Below are positions 36,390 through 48,665 of a stretch of DNA of 64,000 nt, piece by piece. The translations under genes were made by a program, and so were the position numbers. This DNA comes from Rhodosorus marinus CCMP1338. Its lineage: Eukaryota; Plantae; Rhodophyta. The notes below the pieces were generated by a model. The model searched no databases, was not told where the DNA came from, and saw nothing but the letters and a program-made list of their open reading frames with translations. The DNA is taken from the NCBI GenBank assembly GCA_029953675.1, contig JAMWBK010000005.1, positions 1,798,001 through 1,862,000 on the forward strand. The letters are read 5' to 3'. Within the stretch, counting starts at the first letter, position 1. The number at the start of each line of letters is the position of its first letter.

Positions 36390-38751
36390 ATGCTGGCACC
36401 CAACGAAGAACAACCGGAAGTTTCCGAACCTACAACGTATTCGTTGGATAATCTCGACGTTGGTTCTGAAGAGTACTACTCTGCCAACTCTGACTTTGGA
36501 ATACCTCCACCTACTCCTCCCAAACTATTCGACCAAGACGGGTCGGAACGCCTTCTTGTGCTAGCGCTTGAGCAACAGGGCAAGTTGGATGATGCCCAAC
36601 AGCCACCTGAGGATAGTGTGCAACAAGATCAAAAAGTTGCTCAGGAAGAACCAGCTGCTCGTGAAGAATGGACCCCCCCGCAGCTTCGATTCGATGACGT
36701 TTATGTCAAGGTTTGTTGCACTGACAAGTCGACAAACCATGCACTAGAAAAAGTCTTCGAAAGCAGGACAACTTAGATTTGCTCCGCTCTAATTCCCTCT
36801 CTCTTCCACGCTTTGCCCGCTGTTGCAGGTTGCCACACAGAACAAGAAGACGCGCAACCTGTCCTTTGTCGTTAAGTCTCAGGAATTCCCAGCTCATGAA
36901 GGCACTGTCAGTGTACTTAGGTTTAACATGGATGGCAGCCGTTTAGCCACCGCTGGCAGCCACCTTTGTATCAACGTTTGGGACGTGACTGCTCCTCAAG
37001 GTTTGATAACCGTTTCAAAGTTCTCCAATAGTACCGGACCGGTCTGGTGCTAATCTTTCAGCTCACAAGTATAAAGTACTTCGGTGTTTCCAGAACTTGA
37101 GCAGCAGGTCGCCCGGATTGCCGCTACCTTGAGGAGACGAGGTCAAACCGATGGAGAACCACGACTAGAATATGGCGAGCTCTACCTCATAAACCAGAAT
37201 CCACTGCGCAAATTGATGGGTCATTCTGCCGACATAAAGGACCTTTCATGGTCACCCGTAAGCGCCCTACGGGATCGAACGAACCCCATCGGCTGATACT
37301 TCAACGAAATGCGCTGAAACCGGTGGCTCCCCTCTCTCTGACATTTTCAGAACAACTTCATTCTGTCGTCGTCAAACGACTGTACCGTCAGGCTCTGGCA
37401 TCCTGACCTGAACCCCCCATGCTTGAGGGTCGTTTCCCATCCCCATTTTGTTAACTGTGTTGCCTTCAATCCACATGACGAGGCGGTGTTCCTGAGTGGC
37501 TGCGCGGACCAAGTACTGCGAATTTTCAGCATCCAGCCTACGACGACTTTAGAACAGGAGATGGCCTGTCGTGGAATACCTACGTCTATCACGTTCGACC
37601 AAGACGGTAAATCGGCAATCATTGGAACTGTGTCGGGACTCATAAAGTTCTTCAATGTGGAACGTCTGGTACGTGTTCGAACTCTCTACAGCCTCGAATC
37701 TCATCTTCTGCCTAGCTCTGTCTGCTCCTGTGGTGGATTTTGACTTGGTAACAGTGTTGAATTGTTGCTGTCTGCCTTCTCATCGCTTGGACGATTTACT
37801 TCTTGAACGATTCTCCTCACAGAACGGCAAATGGAGATTGAAGTTGAGAACGGAGCAGGAAATTAGAGAACGGCGGACCAAGGGCCGCGGTGGAGTGAAG
37901 ATCAACAACATTGAAGTAATTTCCACGTCGGTGAGCAAAAAGAATCAGATTAGGTAGGAATTTCTATGTGGACAAAGGCTCGCCGCTGACCTGAACCTCT
38001 TGGTGTTTTGTGTGGGTCTTGCTAAATGCAGTACATTGCGTCATGCAACGATTCAGTGGTACGATTGTATAGCATGTACGACAACACACTCCGCGGGGTG
38101 TACAAAGGACACAAGAACCTAGTCAATTTGGGAGCGTCTCTGTCAGCGGATGGAAAGTTTCTCTTGGTAGGGTCGGAACCGAGTAGCGTTTTCCTATATG
38201 AGGTTGTTGACGAATCTAGGAGAAAACGGGGTGGGTTCTCGGTAAGCTGCATTGGCGATCTCAGTCTATCTTTTGCCGGAGTGCCGGAGTGCTGAAGTTG
38301 CCATTTCTGCTACTAGGAAAAGCGGCGTGTTCTTACTCATCGAGCTGAATTTTTCAAAGCCACCGAAAGCCGGCTCAGCTGTGCCACTTTCTACCCTGTC
38401 CGAGTCAAACCATGGACAAAGTCGCCAGCCGGAGGCGCTTCAAACCCAGCGTGGAGGGACACTGCGCCAGTGAGTTCACCAAAATTGCCCGAGTTCTCGG
38501 TTGCGAGAAGCAGAGTGATGCCCGCCGGCGTGGACAACTCGAACTTGGCGGATCTCCCAAGCCCCTCACCCCTTCCATCCCCGTCTCAGTTTGGGGCCCA
38601 GGGGAAGTCCCCGCAAGCGGGTACAAAGGACAGCTCGCAAACTCTTTACCCAGCGGCGGGACTTTTCATGGTGGTTGGCGCTTGGGACGGGACTCTATCT
38701 GTTTTCTACAACGTAGGAATTGACATGGCTTCCCTGGACTTTCTGTCGTAG
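36390..38751 (+). CDS. WDR44: WDR44-like WD40-repeat protein, multi-exon
   Basis: QEFPAHEGTVSVLRFNMDGSRLATAG, GHSADIKDLSWS, FILSSSNDCTVRLWH, HPHFVNCVAFNPHDEAVFLSGCAD, ASCNDSVVRLY, YKGHKN...ASLSADGKFLLVGSE and VGAWDGTLSVFYN. Confidence 0.78.
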
Positions 38752-39243
38752 TAGATACTTAGGGCTCATGTTGGCCCCTCCGAACCGCAGAAAAACCCTA
38801 GACTTTTTAATCCCTCAGCACCACGCTGTTATGCGTTCCCAGTTGCTTTCGATGCTCGTCCAACTTGAATTGGGCTGCACCTCTCGAGGCCGACGTCGGC
38901 GGGAGGGAATGAATTTTCCTGAGAAACCACGAAGAACTAAGATTGGACCCCTACCTGAGAAGTTTTGAAGCTCTTTAGTTAGCAACAGCAAATTTTATTG
39001 TAGTAGTCGTATTCGTTCTCCTATTGAAGGATCTAGAGCACTAGTCATGAGACACAGTCTCTCAAAGAACAACTAATCACATGTTCGGTTGTCAAATATG
39101 GACGGCAAAGCATTAATCGTGGGAAAGCAACAAATGCACCTCCACGGAGTCCAGCATTCATCACGCAGTCGTCCCACATCCAGCAACGTCTCAAAGCTCG
39201 AAGTGTTTATGTACACGGTAACGTCGCAGAGCTAGAATTCTCC

Positions 39244-41226
39244 CTATTCGCTCTTTCGTTTCTTCTCCTTCCTCTCCTTCTTGTCCTTCTTCTCCTTTTT
39301 CTCCTTCTTGTCCTTCTTCACCTTCTTCTCGCTTTCAGGAGCAGATTCGCTCTTCCCCTTTGACTTTTTGGGGCTTGATTCAGGTGTTTTCAGGGAAGCG
39401 TCCGAGTCCTTGCGTCCTTGTGATTTCTCCGGTGTACTGACCTCCATCGCGTCCGCAGGTACCTCCGAAGGCTTCGCACCTTGCAGGTCCGGATGCTCCT
39501 GCTTCCAACCCTGCAATTTTTTGTTCAACAACAGGGTGAAAACGGAAGTCAGAACTTTTCCTTTTTTTCGGCGCTCTCAAAACTAAGATTCTGTTCAGCA
39601 ACTTACGTCCGGCGTACTAGCGTTCGTTCTGCCATACTTGTCCAGCTTTCCTTCTTTGACCATCTGCTTCTTCTTCGAAGCCATTGGACCTAGGCCCCAT
39701 CGTCTAGGATATGTGTCGCGTTCCATGATCACCCTCTTGATCCTCGCAACAACGCCATGGTCAACGGTGGCGATTACAGCAGTTGTCATTTCCGCAATGC
39801 CCAGCGCGACGGCTTCTCCCTTTGTGGAGATGATCACCACCTCCTCACCATTTTCAATACCATCCTCGAACCTAGACAGAGCAGTAGAACGAAATGAGCA
39901 ACTTTTTCCCGGTCGAGATCCTCAAGTTTGCAAACGGGTTCGCAAACTTCAGGCAGGGATTCGTGGCCGCCAGAAGGAGCTCTCATTTTCGTAGTCTTAC
40001 ATACCTCAGCAGACCAGGAATCATCAGTTTCGCGCCATAACATACCGCGTTCACCGCAGAGTCCTTCACGACCAGACGCTTGTGTTTGACGAGCAAAACT
40101 TCCAACGGCTGAATTACATGTCTTAGATAGCTTTCGTCCTTGGTGTTGTCGTACATCCACTTCGCATCAAGAACATCGTGCATTGTACACAAATTATCTT
40201 CTTCTCCCATACAACCCGATCGCACTCGGCGAAGCTCCTGCATGTGTGCGCCAACACCAAGTAACAGGCCCAGATGTACGCACAGAGTCCTAATATATGT
40301 CCCTGCCTCGCATCTGAAAGACAAGAAGATAAGAAGACAAGCATCAAGTTAGACGACCAGAGGATTCGCTGCAGTCATGTCCTTTTGGCTTTCTCACTTG
40401 ACCCAGAACACTCCCAGTCTCCTATTATCGTCGTACTCAAGAAGCTTGCTTTCGTAGATGGTTCGAATACGAAGCTGCCTTTTTACTGCAGAGATAAGCG
40501 GCGGTCTCTGAAACAGAGCTCCAGTGAGCTGCTCAACTGCCCTTCGCATCTTGGCCATGTGATCCTAGTTTAAAAGGAACAGTTGAAGTCAGGAAGCAGG
40601 CACGCAATTCTGAGCGTGCACATGATGCCCGGAATCAACGCAGATGTGTACTCACCTCTCCTAAGGAGCTGTGGAGTCTTATAACTCCCACGTATTCCTT
40701 TCCAGCGCTCTGTTGTGATTTCACCAGCCTTGTCGAACGATCAATGCAAACCAGAAGACATCCAGTAACCTGGGGAAATGCACAGGGAGAATTTGAGGAA
40801 GAGCCGTCGCGGAAGCTCCACTCTTGAAATGGATCGTACCTTCGGATCGAGAGTTCCCGAGTGGCCGGTCTTTTCAACTCGCAATATCCTCTTGATCCAA
40901 GCGACGACTTCGTGGCTGGAAGGATTCGACGGTTTGTCAAGGTTAATAATACCGTATCTGATGTACTCATCAATTGGACGCTTCAATGGGGAGTGACCGT
41001 TTGGCAGTGGCGTGTAATGCGCAGATCTAACATTCAGCTTATCATAATTCTTGAGAAGCAGAGGCCAGTTTGAAGTATCCAACGCTGGAGTCTATAGCAT
41101 ACGCATGATGAACACTTTTCAAGTTAAGCGGGACTTTCACGCTTACAGGCAAACCGAATTCAGCAGAGTTAAAAAACCTATTCTCACCTTGCTCTCCGCC
41201 TTAATAACATGCTCTTGATCCGCCAT
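39244..41226 (-). CDS. CBF5: H/ACA RNP pseudouridine synthase dyskerin/Cbf5, multi-exon
   Basis: [90 protein letters not shown] and a KKE/D-rich tail. First exon [13 protein letters not shown]. Confidence 0.97.
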
Positions 41227-41779
41227 TCTACAACGCTCCACCCAGTCCCACCCAGACTCCCTACACCGACTTTCGGGGGGAAAAGCTAAGCAGGGATTTC
41301 CCAAGCTTAGTCTACGGGAACAAAGAACAAAACTGTAAAAAATATATATACACCTCTAAGCCAAATCTTCTCAGAACTGAACCCGAACGCACACACCCGG
41401 TTCCTTTTCCTCGACCTACCCCCCAAAATAAAAATCAAACCAAAACCTCACCCCCACACCCGTCAAAAACTATTGTCCCGATTTCAATAAAACCCGTCGG
41501 CTCTTGTCCTCAGGTTCTCTAAGTAGACATAATGCTTTCCAAACCTCAGAATTCGTTTTCAAGTAGCACTAACCCCTTCTTCATCCTCTATTCTACCCGC
41601 TCACTTACTGCTCACCACCAGTGATCCAAACAACCGCCGTTGATTCCTCCGACCGCGACCATCGTTTTTCGAGTGGAATTGAAGGGTTTGAGAAAGTTTT
41701 TGGTGGGGAGGCTCGGTCACATTTCATCGAGTTGGTACGAAGAGGGCATGAAGTAAGCTTTTTGTTTACCAACCAGAGA

Positions 41780-43300
41780 GGTTGTAGCTTATGTATTATC
41801 TACTATCAATGATCTGTTTAGATACATTTAGATACAGAATTCAAGTGGTTTCCGTTACCACAGCCATCGTTGTTTGTTTTCGGAATCCAAGTTGGACAGA
41901 GTCTGTGTGTTTGCTTCTGTTTAAATGCAAGCGGACCGAGTGCTTTCTCAATGTGAGTGGACCCTGTCTACCGAGGATAGAGGTTGTTAGCTTGTGTATT
42001 ATCTACTAGCATTGATCTGTTTAGTTCCTGTGGTTTCCGTTACCACAGCCATCGTTGTTTCTTTTCGCGATCGAAGTTGGACAGAGTGAGCGCGTTTGCT
42101 TCTGTGGAAACCAAAGCGGATCCAAAGGGACAGAGTGGTTTCTCAATGTGAATGCTTTCTCCTAGTGGACTTTCCCTGTTTACCAAGGATAGAGGTTGTA
42201 GCGTGTGTATTATCTACCTGCCTTGATCTGTTTAGATACAAAGTTCCGGAGGTTTCCACTACCAGAACCATCGTTTTGTTTTCGTAATCCAAGTGGACAG
42301 AATATGTGCGTCGGAATCGAAAGGGACAGAGGAGGGCTTTCTCATGTTAGCGCCTTCAGCAAGTGCGCTTTTTCTGTTTACGAAGGATAGAGGTTGTAGC
42401 GTGCGTGTTATCTATTAGCCTGGATCTGTTTAGTCACAAAGTTCCAGTGGTTCCAATGCCAGAGTCATCATTGTTTGTTTTCGTAATCCAAGTAGGCGGA
42501 GTGCTTTCTCAATCTGAAGGCTTTCACCAAGTGGGCTGTTTCTTGTTTGCTGCTGATGGAAGTGCTAGCTTACGGGCTATCTCTTAGCCTTGATCTGTTC
42601 ATACATAAAATTCAAGTGGCTTCCATAACCAGAGCCATCGTTTTCGGAATCCATGTAGGACAGATTGGGTGCTCCTGCGAAGTTCCGGTAGTAGTTTACA
42701 TCAGTTTCCGGCGCTAGAGACACATTTCTCGCAGAATCCATGTGGGACAGAGTGCTTTCTATAGTGAATGATTTCACAAAGTGGGCTTTCTTGTTTGATC
42801 AGGATAGAGCTTCTAGCTCATGTAATGTCTGAAATGGACAGCTGCTCGTGTGTATGCATGCCAGCTCTTCGTTCTCTCTTCTCACTGTGGTTAGGCTCTG
42901 AATACATGATGATGATGAAGTTCCAGGGGTTTCCTCAACCGGAGTCAGCCATCGTTTTCTGGATCGACGTGGACAGGCTGCTGTCAGCTCTGAGTGCTTT
43001 TACTAAGCGAGGTTTTTCCCTATCCGAACCAGAACTTCGAGCTTATGGATTGTCCTAGTGGTCTTGATCTGTTCACGTACAAGTTCTGGTCTAAATATCC
43101 ATCTGGCTGGGCGTGATACCTACCAGCCATCGTTTTCGAGATCGATTTGGACAGCGTGCGGTCTGTTCTGAATACCTTCATCAAGTGGAATTTTTCTTCA
43201 TCAATGATCGACTTTCTAGCTTCGCAGTCCCTGCTAGCCTTGAGCTGTTTAGAAACGAAATTCCAGAGATTCCAGCGACCACGGCCACCACAGCCTTTGG
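41780..43300. repeat. Degenerate tandem array, unit about 170-210 bp, about 8 copies
   Basis: The anchor gatctgtt recurs at 41811, 42014, 42225, 42423, 42592, 43066 and 43242 (gagctgtt). Recurring blocks include atagaggttgtagc, cagccatcgtt, gaatccaag and ggacaga. Confidence 0.88.
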
Positions 43301-43692
43301 GAGGCAAATGTGTTCCAGAAGTAATGCTTACGATGCGTGAATTTACACTTCTTAGCAACTTTGCGATTGTCAACAAGCCTGCATCTTCTGACAACGAAAA
43401 AAGTGGAGACAACGATTCCCTTACCATCCCGAAGGAGCTCAAGGGGAGGGATGCGCGGGTGAGGGCTTCTTGTGCTTTTGCTCTCTCTCCGAGACAGAGT
43501 TTCCAGATTACGTGATGCCTTGATGGAAAACCTGTTGTTCTTCGCGAGCCTGCATCAGGTAGAATACGACATCCCGGGACGAGTACGATGACTTCCCTTT
43601 CCAAGGCATTGCCAGCCGAGGGCCAGTAGGTTAGTTGAGGATTAGGTAGTACTTTCCCGTCATTAAGTGCGTAAAAAATTTGTGTGCCCTCC

Positions 43693-44961
43693 TCATGTAA
43701 CCACTGCGTTGACGGATGTGCCCGTTGCGAAAGCGATCCAAGCTGGCATTACCTCGCTCCATTGCACATTGTCGATCGCACTATGCGCGTCATAACTCAG
43801 CAAGGGCTGGAGCACAGGTTCCTGCGTTCTTTCAGGGGCTCCGGCTATGTCCCAAATGATAGCCCTACCCGACTCGCCTGCTGTGCATATATGATGCTCC
43901 GATCGCGGAGCCCAGGCGATTGAGTTAACAAAATTACCACCTTCCGCATCGCCCTCTTCAAATACACAGACAGGGCGATCCGGCACGCGAATGTCAAGGA
44001 CGACGCATTTCGGGGATTCCATCATGACTGTGGCCAAGTAGAAAGCGTTGTTCTTGTTCCAACAGACTCTCATCATGGCTCCCTGGTCCTCTGACTCGTA
44101 TATAATCGTGGAGTAGTCGAGACTTCGCAAGTCGAACAAGCGGACCGACCCGTCCGCGCCGGCCGAAGCGAAAAGATCAGGGCCTTTTGCAAACGCAAAG
44201 TCGTAGACTTCACGGTCATGGGCAATTAGTTGGTTTTTCACCTGCTGAGTCTCAACATTCCACACAGTGCAGGTTGTGTCAATCGACGACACACCCAATA
44301 ACGAACGGTCCACGGTATTCCAGTCAAAGGAAGTTAGAGGTGCGCAAAACTCGCTGCTTTGATTCTATAGCACGAGTTCGTAATGCATAGAACGGTTAGC
44401 TAGAGCACCGATAAGGACTAAAAGCGAACGGTGAGCGCCCGTTCAAAAGCAGTCATTCACAATCCGATGTGAAATAGGGGTAGATGGAGGAGTAGGGGGC
44501 TACTCACAGTCTTCAGTGTGTGCGGTGGTCCAATAGAGCCCTCTTTGACTTCCCATATTCTAAGACAATCGCCGGTTGATGCTAGAAAATCTCTGGTCTC
44601 TGACCTTGAGTCAGGGATGAACCCAAGCTTGGTCGCTGGATACGAGTGCGGAATATCACATACTTCCTTAAATTGCCTGGTCTGTTCATCGAACGAGACA
44701 ACTCGAACAAAGTTCCGAGACTCGTTCACGAAGCTTCCCATCGCCAGACGAAACGGTTTGTCCTAAGAAGACAAAGACACGATCCCACCATGAAGATCAG
44801 CCAACTACCCACAACCAGTGACCGACGCACGAGCGCCGGCCCAAAACAAAAACACGATTCTCTCGTTTCGTACGAACCTCCTTGTGGCTCCATGCCAAAC
44901 TGTACACCGGCCATGGTGCAGAGTACTCCAGAATCTCAGGAGCATCGGTTTGTGGGGCCAT
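43693..44961 (-). CDS. DCAF7: DCAF7/AN11/LWD1-like WD40 protein, 3 exons
   Basis: YSAPWPVYSLAWS, FRLAMGSF, HSYPATKLGFIP, LASTGDCLRIW, SEFCAPLTSFDWN, SSIDTTCTVW, QLIAHDREVYD and FASAGADGSVRLFDLRSLDYSTIIYE. Confidence 0.93.
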
Positions 44962-45214
44962 CCAGTCACATCCAAAAACACGACTTCCCAATCAACAACC
45001 AACCCCCTCCCTCGCGCCCAACCCCCCACCACCAACCTGATGAGTCCAGACTATCCAGGTACGCTAGCCATTCCATAAACCTCTACCGAATCTTGAGAAA
45101 TACTCTAAACAGACACCCTTCCCACCCCAAACAAAGAATTAATCGTTAAGTTCTTGTTAAGCTGCTCACCAGATCGATCGCTAGGCCTTCACCAGACGAT
45201 TTTCCAGTTGTGCT

Positions 45215-45500
45215 TGACAAGAAGCCAAGACTGGTCACTGTTGTCGTGAAACGGGATGGATCAATGAAACCTGTACACGGCAACGTTCTAGTCTTGAGAC
45301 AAGTTGCACTTGAACAAGAAGCATGACCGGTCAATATCTTTGGTGGAAGGAGGATGGATCGATAAACCTGTACTAGGCGATGTTCTAGGACTGGTCACCA
45401 CCTCCGAGGAACGGGATAGATCGATGAAACCTGTATCAAGGGATGTTCCGGATTGATGGAATTGTTCGCTCCGGCTGCGGCTTGAACAAGAATCAAGACA
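45215..45500. repeat. Short degenerate repeat cluster
   Basis: gat(g)gatc.at(g)aaacctgta occurs at about 45255, 45355 and 45415; cttga(a)caagaa occurs three times. Confidence 0.6.
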
Positions 45501-45736
45501 ATGGGCAGGTTTATCAATCCATACCTCTTCCCGGCGCGAACGTATCCTCTACTCGGCAGCTGCCTACTGCAAGCGCAACACTGGTTCTATTACAATCTAG
45601 GGGGAAAAGGTCAGGTTAACCCCGCTACCGGGGTCTCATGCTATGTTCAAAAGAAGAAACAGGGACCAGCGGATCGTCCCAACTTGTCCACGCGCAAAGT
45701 TGCGCAAGCTCCTCGAGCAAGCTCGGTGTTTCCTTG

Positions 45737-46033
45737 TCAAAGTGTCATGTTCAATACAGCTCGCACGTCGCTCGGCTCGTTCGTCCTGTTTGGTAAATGA
45801 TGCAGCCGTCTCGCAAGATCGAGGACTAGTCCCCGTTTGAACTTTGAGGAAGATTTGTCATGATGCCCGGGAAGCTCGCAATCTTGGACTACGGGGTGCT
45901 GCGTACTGAGGGGTATAGGATGAGCGCCTGACCAGAACAGACTCCCTGGCATTGCTGGAGTCCGAGGTTTCTCGGGCTCATTGAAATGCCGATCTCTCCG
46001 TTGTCTCTTTTTCGGTCGAACTTCGGAGGCCAT
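45737..46033 (-). CDS. Possible hypothetical protein with a basic NLS-like stretch
   Basis: ATG-initiated ORF MASEVRPKKRQRRDRHF in a GC-richer segment. No other support. Confidence 0.2.
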   Translation of the reverse strand: MASEVRPKKRQRRDRHFNEPEKPRTPAMPGSLFWSGAHPIPLSTQHPVVQDCELPGHHDKSSSKFKRGLVLDLARRLHHLPNRTNEPSDVRAVLNMTL

Positions 46034-46694
46034 CCAAGTTCGCGTTCGACAAGCCGTGTAGATCCAAGTTCACGGAAATGCAGGAATCGCTTCTCCTTAT
46101 TGCGATAGAATGAAAGGGCAGGATCCGATGACAACGAATCAAACTGTTAAGACCTACTTCTCTCGGGGCATGTACTAACGCATAATTCACCGAATAACGC
46201 AAAGTTGCGAAGCCTTTTCACATATTTGTTTGTACACTCATCGTACGAGGGTGCAGATAGAGATGACTTTGAGGGATCACCGTCCATGGCCAGATTGATG
46301 GCCACATGCTAACAGTTAACCCCAAAAATTTAACAATGCTAGGCTGCAATGTCTTTGTGCACAGCAAAAATGAGTTCAACAGTGTGCATTGTCTGCACAT
46401 CTTGAATCGCAGAATGATTAGCGCAACTGAAGCGGTTTCATCCGAACTGTCGGACTTCCCCCGAAAGGGATTTGCTTTCAGACTAACGTGTTCTCAGTGG
46501 AAGAAATGACGTGGCGCATTCGGATTGAAAGAGTCATCCAGTCCGTCCAAAGAGCAGTTTGGTCTCGATTTTTAACATTCTCCTTTAAGTTAGTTTATAT
46601 TTCATTAGTTAGAGCGAAAGAATTAGTAAATGTTTTCTAGATTTGCTGTGCAACTATGGTAAAAAGATATGCTAATACGGCTGGTCTTCTGGGG

Positions 46695-48665
46695 TTATGC
46701 GATAACGCCATTGATCACATCCGTACCCGGCCCACCTTCGACGTCATCTACGCCGACACCAGTGTAAATAACATCAGCTCCCTCGCCACCGCGAATGAAG
46801 TCATCTCCAGGTCCAAGATAAAACTTGTCATCCCCAGGACCTCCGTAAGCAAAATTGTCGCCAATAAGATCCACAATGTCATCATCCCCCCCCTGGCCCC
46901 TCAAGACGTCGTTGCCTTCCCCTCCGTTAAGTTTGTCATTACCATATCCTCCATCAATCAAGTCGTCTCCACTATTACCAACCAAGTCATCATTGCCGGG
47001 TCCGCCTTTGACCGTATCATTACCCTCTCCACCAGATACCTTGTCATTCCCAGCCCCACCAGAAAGTCGATCATCCCCGAGCATTCCGCTTATTTCGTCA
47101 TCACCATCTCCCCCGGATATCACATCTGCATCATTACCACCAACCAGTACATCGTGTCCGTCTTGTCCATACACCTTGTTTTCGCCGTCCCCAGCGTCTA
47201 TGTTATCATCGCCAACTCCGCCGTAAGCGTGATCGGATCCGGCACCTCCTCTAATAAAGTCATTTCCACTGCCCCCATATAAAACGTTTGCAGCACCGCC
47301 GTCCTCGCTCTGCAAGTCGTAGATCCGATCATCATCGGGGCCGCCATTGCTATAGTCGTAATCATAACCACCGAAAATCACATCAAGGCCATCTCCTCCA
47401 TAGTGCCTGTTCGAACCCGAAACATCACCGATGAAATCGTCTCCTGGTCCACCGTACGTACGGTCATGCCCACCGCCGCCGATTATAGTATCATCACCAT
47501 CACGACCGAAGAGGACGTCGTTTCCTTCTTCTCCCGCGAGCAGATCGTATCCAAAACCACCATTCAGGTAATCGTTGCCAGCCCCACCGTACAGCTTGTC
47601 CTTCGCCCCAAATCCATAGAGCATGTCGTCACCTGCTCCGCCCCTGATGAAGTCCTTCCCACTTCCTCCCATGATCAGGTCGTCCCCATCGCCGCCATTA
47701 TGCTCGGTCCTACCTCCAATCGCGTATATTCTGTCATTACCATCCCCGCCAAAGGCTGAACTAAAATTCCCACCGACTTTGAGGACGTCGTCACCCTCTC
47801 CACCATCCAGTCTGTTCCTTCCATACATATCGCGGATGATATCACTATGGCCTTCACCATAGAGGTAGTCTCGGGAATTTCCTCCGTCAATGATGTCTCT
47901 ACCATCCCCGCCGCGAATTGTGTCGATGCCACGCGCTCCCAAAAGGGTGTCATCACCATCCTCCCCGTAGATGAGGTCATCCCCTTCGTCTCCGATAATA
48001 AGGTCGTTGTCTCCTCGTCCATAGATCTTGTCGTCGCCAAGAAGTCCGTAGATGACATCCACCTCTTCTGTGCCGATAAGAACGTCATCTTCGTCTGTCC
48101 CAACAATCTTATTTACACAGGTTATAGGCAGTGGGCAACGAATCTCTCCATCGCCGGTTAAACAGTCTTTGTTCGCTGGCTTCACCTCAACAGTCCTGAT
48201 CTGAGTTCTAATCGCTGCACTGATACTCAAGCACAGATTCGCATTGCAACAGTTATCCGCAGCTGTAATCTCGTCATTGCACACAACCACACCAAGCTTT
48301 TTGAGATTTGACGTTGCCACCACCTCGGTACCAGTGAACCTTTCTCTGTTTCGCGAGTCTCCTTCGCACTCTACAATCCCATAGTCGAGCTTCACAATGG
48401 CATTTCCTCGCGGAGCTTTGAGTTTCACATCCAAGCACGTGCCCCGACTGGACACCAGAGTGGTCTTGATGCAAACCGTTGCCTGGGAGTCGCCATCCTT
48501 ATCCTTCAATTTCAAACAATACCTTGGAAAAATTCCGGCTTTATCGCCAGGAAAGAAATCCTTACACGTACGTGTGGGTACCCCCAAAGCCGGTACTAGC
48601 CTCAAAACGCATAGAAAAATTACCAGCGCTCCGACCAGCGGACCGGTTCGACGCTCACCCCCCAT
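46695..48665 (-). CDS. Secreted RTX/hemolysin-type calcium-binding repeat protein, 656 aa, intronless
   Basis: Hydrophobic N-terminus LVGALVIFLCVLRLVPALG, a 12-Cys domain of about 155 aa, then about 470 aa of GGxGxDxLx nonapeptides (for example GGAGNDYLN, GGEGNDVLR, GGPGNDDLV) running to the stop codon. Confidence 0.92.
   Translation of the reverse strand: MGGERRTGPLVGALVIFLCVLRLVPALGVPTRTCKDFFPGDKAGIFPRYCLKLKDKDGDSQATVCIKTTLVSSRGTCLDVKLKAPRGNAIVKLDYGIVECEGDSRNRERFTGTEVVATSNLKKLGVVVCNDEITAADNCCNANLCLSISAAIRTQIRTVEVKPANKDCLTGDGEIRCPLPITCVNKIVGTDEDDVLIGTEEVDVIYGLLGDDKIYGRGDNDLIIGDEGDDLIYGEDGDDTLLGARGIDTIRGGDGRDIIDGGNSRDYLYGEGHSDIIRDMYGRNRLDGGEGDDVLKVGGNFSSAFGGDGNDRIYAIGGRTEHNGGDGDDLIMGGSGKDFIRGGAGDDMLYGFGAKDKLYGGAGNDYLNGGFGYDLLAGEEGNDVLFGRDGDDTIIGGGGHDRTYGGPGDDFIGDVSGSNRHYGGDGLDVIFGGYDYDYSNGGPDDDRIYDLQSEDGGAANVLYGGSGNDFIRGGAGSDHAYGGVGDDNIDAGDGENKVYGQDGHDVLVGGNDADVISGGDGDDEISGMLGDDRLSGGAGNDKVSGGEGNDTVKGGPGNDDLVGNSGDDLIDGGYGNDKLNGGEGNDVLRGQGGDDDIVDLIGDNFAYGGPGDDKFYLGPGDDFIRGGEGADVIYTGVGVDDVEGGPGTDVINGVIA

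Noticed and set aside
24780-44961. MYB and AN11/TTG1-like WD40 genes as a linked MBW-type module
   Set aside because: They are 17 kb apart with unrelated genes between them, the MYB is SHAQKYF-class rather than R2R3, and DCAF7 is a pan-eukaryotic gene.
46656-47759. Plus-strand ORFs of 118-208 aa overlapping the RTX gene
   Set aside because: These are antisense shadows of a repetitive GGN/GAY-rich frame with low-complexity Ser/Pro/Ile/Val products.
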